Source: an uncultured Planctomycetota bacterium (GTDB lineage Bacteria > Planctomycetota > Planctomycetia > Isosphaerales > Isosphaeraceae). From it: DNA of 64,000 nucleotides. Numbering within the stretch: position 1 is the first letter of the stretch; each line of letters starts with the position of its first letter. Of the stretch, positions 63,562 through 64,000 are shown in pieces. Both the position numbers and the translations under genes were made by a program. The stretch spans positions 1,762,597 to 1,826,596 of the forward strand of contig CAWGMQ010000006.1 of NCBI GenBank assembly GCA_963823665.1. The letters are read 5' to 3'. The notes beneath the pieces are model-generated. The model did no database searches. It was not told where the DNA came from and was given only the letters and a program-made list of their open reading frames with translations.

Positions 63562-64000
63562 CTCATCCCCTGGCGTAGCCACAGCGCACGGATGGCCGTG
63601 CCCGGAGCCGATGGCCACGGTTCCGTCCGGACGGTACAACTGCCTGCTGGGCTACTCGGGCCGCCTATTTCAGCTTTGCTCCGCTGAGGTGCGCCACGGC
63701 TCCCAAGGTGGTCTGGGTGGCGTTCAGGCCCAGCCGGAAGTCGCCCTCTAGTTAAACTCATTTCCTGGCGCAGCCACAGCGCACGGATGGCCGCGCAACG
63801 GAGCCGTTGGCCACGGTTCCGTCCGGACGGTACAACTGCCTGCTGGGCTACTCGGGCCGCCTATTTCAACTTCGCTCCGCTGAGGTGCGCCACGGCTCCC
63901 AAGGTGGTCTGGGTGGCGTTCAGGCCTAGCCGGAAGTCGCCCTCTAGTTAAACTCATTTCCTGGCGCAGCCACAGCCCACGGATGGCCGCGCAACGGAGC
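63562..64000. repeat. Tandem repeat with a ~196 bp non-coding unit; 2 full copies plus a partial one, continuing past the window end
   Basis: Units start at 63562, 63757 and 63953 and are near-identical. Confidence 0.93.

Noticed and set aside
63562..64000. CRISPR array
   Set aside because: Units are ~196 bp and near-identical along their whole length, with no unique spacers and no cas genes in the window.
1..64000. rRNA, tRNA, integrase or intact transposase genes
   Set aside because: None recognised by eye; a covariance-model or HMM scan was not possible.

Overview
Bases 1 to ~60,970 look like a high-GC planctomycete chromosome, probably Isosphaeraceae-like (inferred from DUF1501/PSD1 cytochrome genes, LExRxLL-leader and PEP-CTERM secreted proteins, and ECF sigma/Ser-Thr kinase pairs). 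1-13 kb is mostly housekeeping (thrC, dapB, UDP-glucuronate decarboxylase, FHA-GGDEF, ArsR). 13-26 kb holds secreted proteins and small accessory genes and fragments. The most notable structure is at 26-54.6 kb: four copies of one ECF sigma gene (three intact, one internally deleted). Three are followed by a Ser/Thr kinase gene (two full-length kinase-WD40 genes, one stub). Each copy has a back-to-back pair of similar motifs, (T/A)G(T/G)C-N17/18-G(C/G)AGTA, facing a divergent cargo gene. The cargos are a TPR-sulfotransferase plus a Gly-rich surface protein (twice; the intact one is 1,901 aa with 16 IPT-like repeats), a PEP-CTERM protein, and a TamH-like transaminase-reductase fusion. Many genes there carry deletions at short microhomologies. 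Single-base frameshifts are scattered throughout and become very dense at 57-61 kb, consistent with long-read error. At ~60,985 the sequence switches to a ~750 bp AT-rich, eukaryote- or virus-like piece. At ~61,730 it switches to Acidobacteria-like DNA (GH26, TIGR03435 family), ending in a ~196 bp structured tandem repeat that runs off the window. The right end is probably chimeric. All family assignments come from motif recognition by eye; no searches were run.
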